Of a DNA stretch of 64,000 nt, positions 63,471 through 64,000 are shown one piece after another. The position numbers and the translations under genes are program-made. The DNA is taken from contig NC_059428.1 in assembly GCF_021028975.2 (NCBI RefSeq), positions 27,962,001-28,026,000 on the forward strand. Reading direction: 5' to 3'. The notes beneath the pieces were generated by a model, which did not search any database, was not told the origin of the DNA, and saw only the letters and a program-made list of their open reading frames with translations. Source of the DNA: Sphaerodactylus townsendi. Taxonomy: Eukaryota. How positions within the stretch are numbered: position 1 is the first letter of the stretch; every line of letters starts with the position of its first letter.

Positions 63471-63721
63471 ATTTAGCTATTTCATGTTATCTGTTAGATA
63501 TTTGTATTATACAGTTTTAGTGCATAGTTCTCTAATTTGTCATCTAATTCTATCCACCGCTGGTAGTTGTCTTCTGTTGTTATTGTAACACTTTAAATTG
63601 TATAATCCACCTTGAGTCTCAGCAAGACAGGCTGACTATAAATGAAGTAATTAAATAAAGAAAATAATCCATACTCCTGTACAGATGTATGGGTCAGCCT
63701 GATTTGTTCGGACCTGGTCTG

Positions 63722-63925
63722 GCCCAGGCTAGCCTGATCTTGTCAGATCTCGGAAGCAAATTAGGCTCAGATCTGGTTAGTATTTGGATGGATGACCACC
63801 CAACAATACCAGGGAATTAGGCAGAGGAAGGCAATGGCAAACCACCTCTGTTAATCTCTCACCTTGAAAACCCTTCTGGGTTGCTATAAGTCCGCTCCAA
63901 CTTGCAGGCACTTTATACACACATA
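63722..63925 (+). mobile_element. 5S rRNA-derived SINE with Sauria/BovB-like tail (5S-Sauria type)
   Basis: GCCTGATCTTGTCAGATCTCGGAAGC...CTGGTTAGTATTTGGATGG...AATACCAGGG (5S A/IE/C boxes) plus GAGGAAGGCAATGGCAAACCACCTCTG...TTGAAAACCC tail. Confidence 0.75.
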
Positions 63926-64000
63926 CAACCCCATTTGGATTACTGTGTACAGTTCTGGCTGTCATATCTTAAAAGGAAAAAACTGTCGCAGAGCTTGGAA

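Noticed and set aside
63729-63815. 5S rRNA gene
   Set aside because: Diverged, incomplete and fused to a retroposon tail; it is a SINE.
1-64000. CRISPR arrays, operons or other prokaryotic systems
   Set aside because: The sequence is a spliceosomal-intron vertebrate locus; no regular repeat-spacer array was seen.

Overview
Vertebrate nuclear DNA; the repeat content (Sauria/5S-Sauria-type SINEs, SPIN, L2, CR1, Dong/R4, Penelope, DIRS) points to a squamate, probably a gecko. The window holds one complete protein-coding gene, PSPC1 (paraspeckle component 1, DBHS family), on the minus strand. Its nine GT-AG coding exons run from 48452 to 10050 and join into a 1599-nt ORF (532 aa: RRM1-RRM2-NOPS-coiled coil-Gly/Pro/Met-rich tail ending PNKRRRY), under a CpG-island promoter with YY1, Sp1 and NRF1 motifs. 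The rest is intron or intergenic DNA with many transposon relics: an ITR-bounded DIRS tyrosine-recombinase mini-element in intron 5, a near full-length (AAT)n-flanked Dong/R4 retrotransposon, two solo LTRs with clean TSDs upstream of the promoter, L2/CR1 fragments, hAT MITEs including a SPIN copy, and Penelope relics with decayed hammerhead cores. There is a 150-N assembly gap at 55656-55805. The most interesting signal I read from the sequence is a set of non-repeat, stop-containing candidate exons with strong splice signals that could all accept the phase-0 donor of coding exon 6 (three in the 20-kb intron 6, two beyond the 3'UTR). They suggest an unproductive-splicing or alternative-C-terminus switch for PSPC1. 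This is inference from motifs only and needs RNA-seq and conservation checks.
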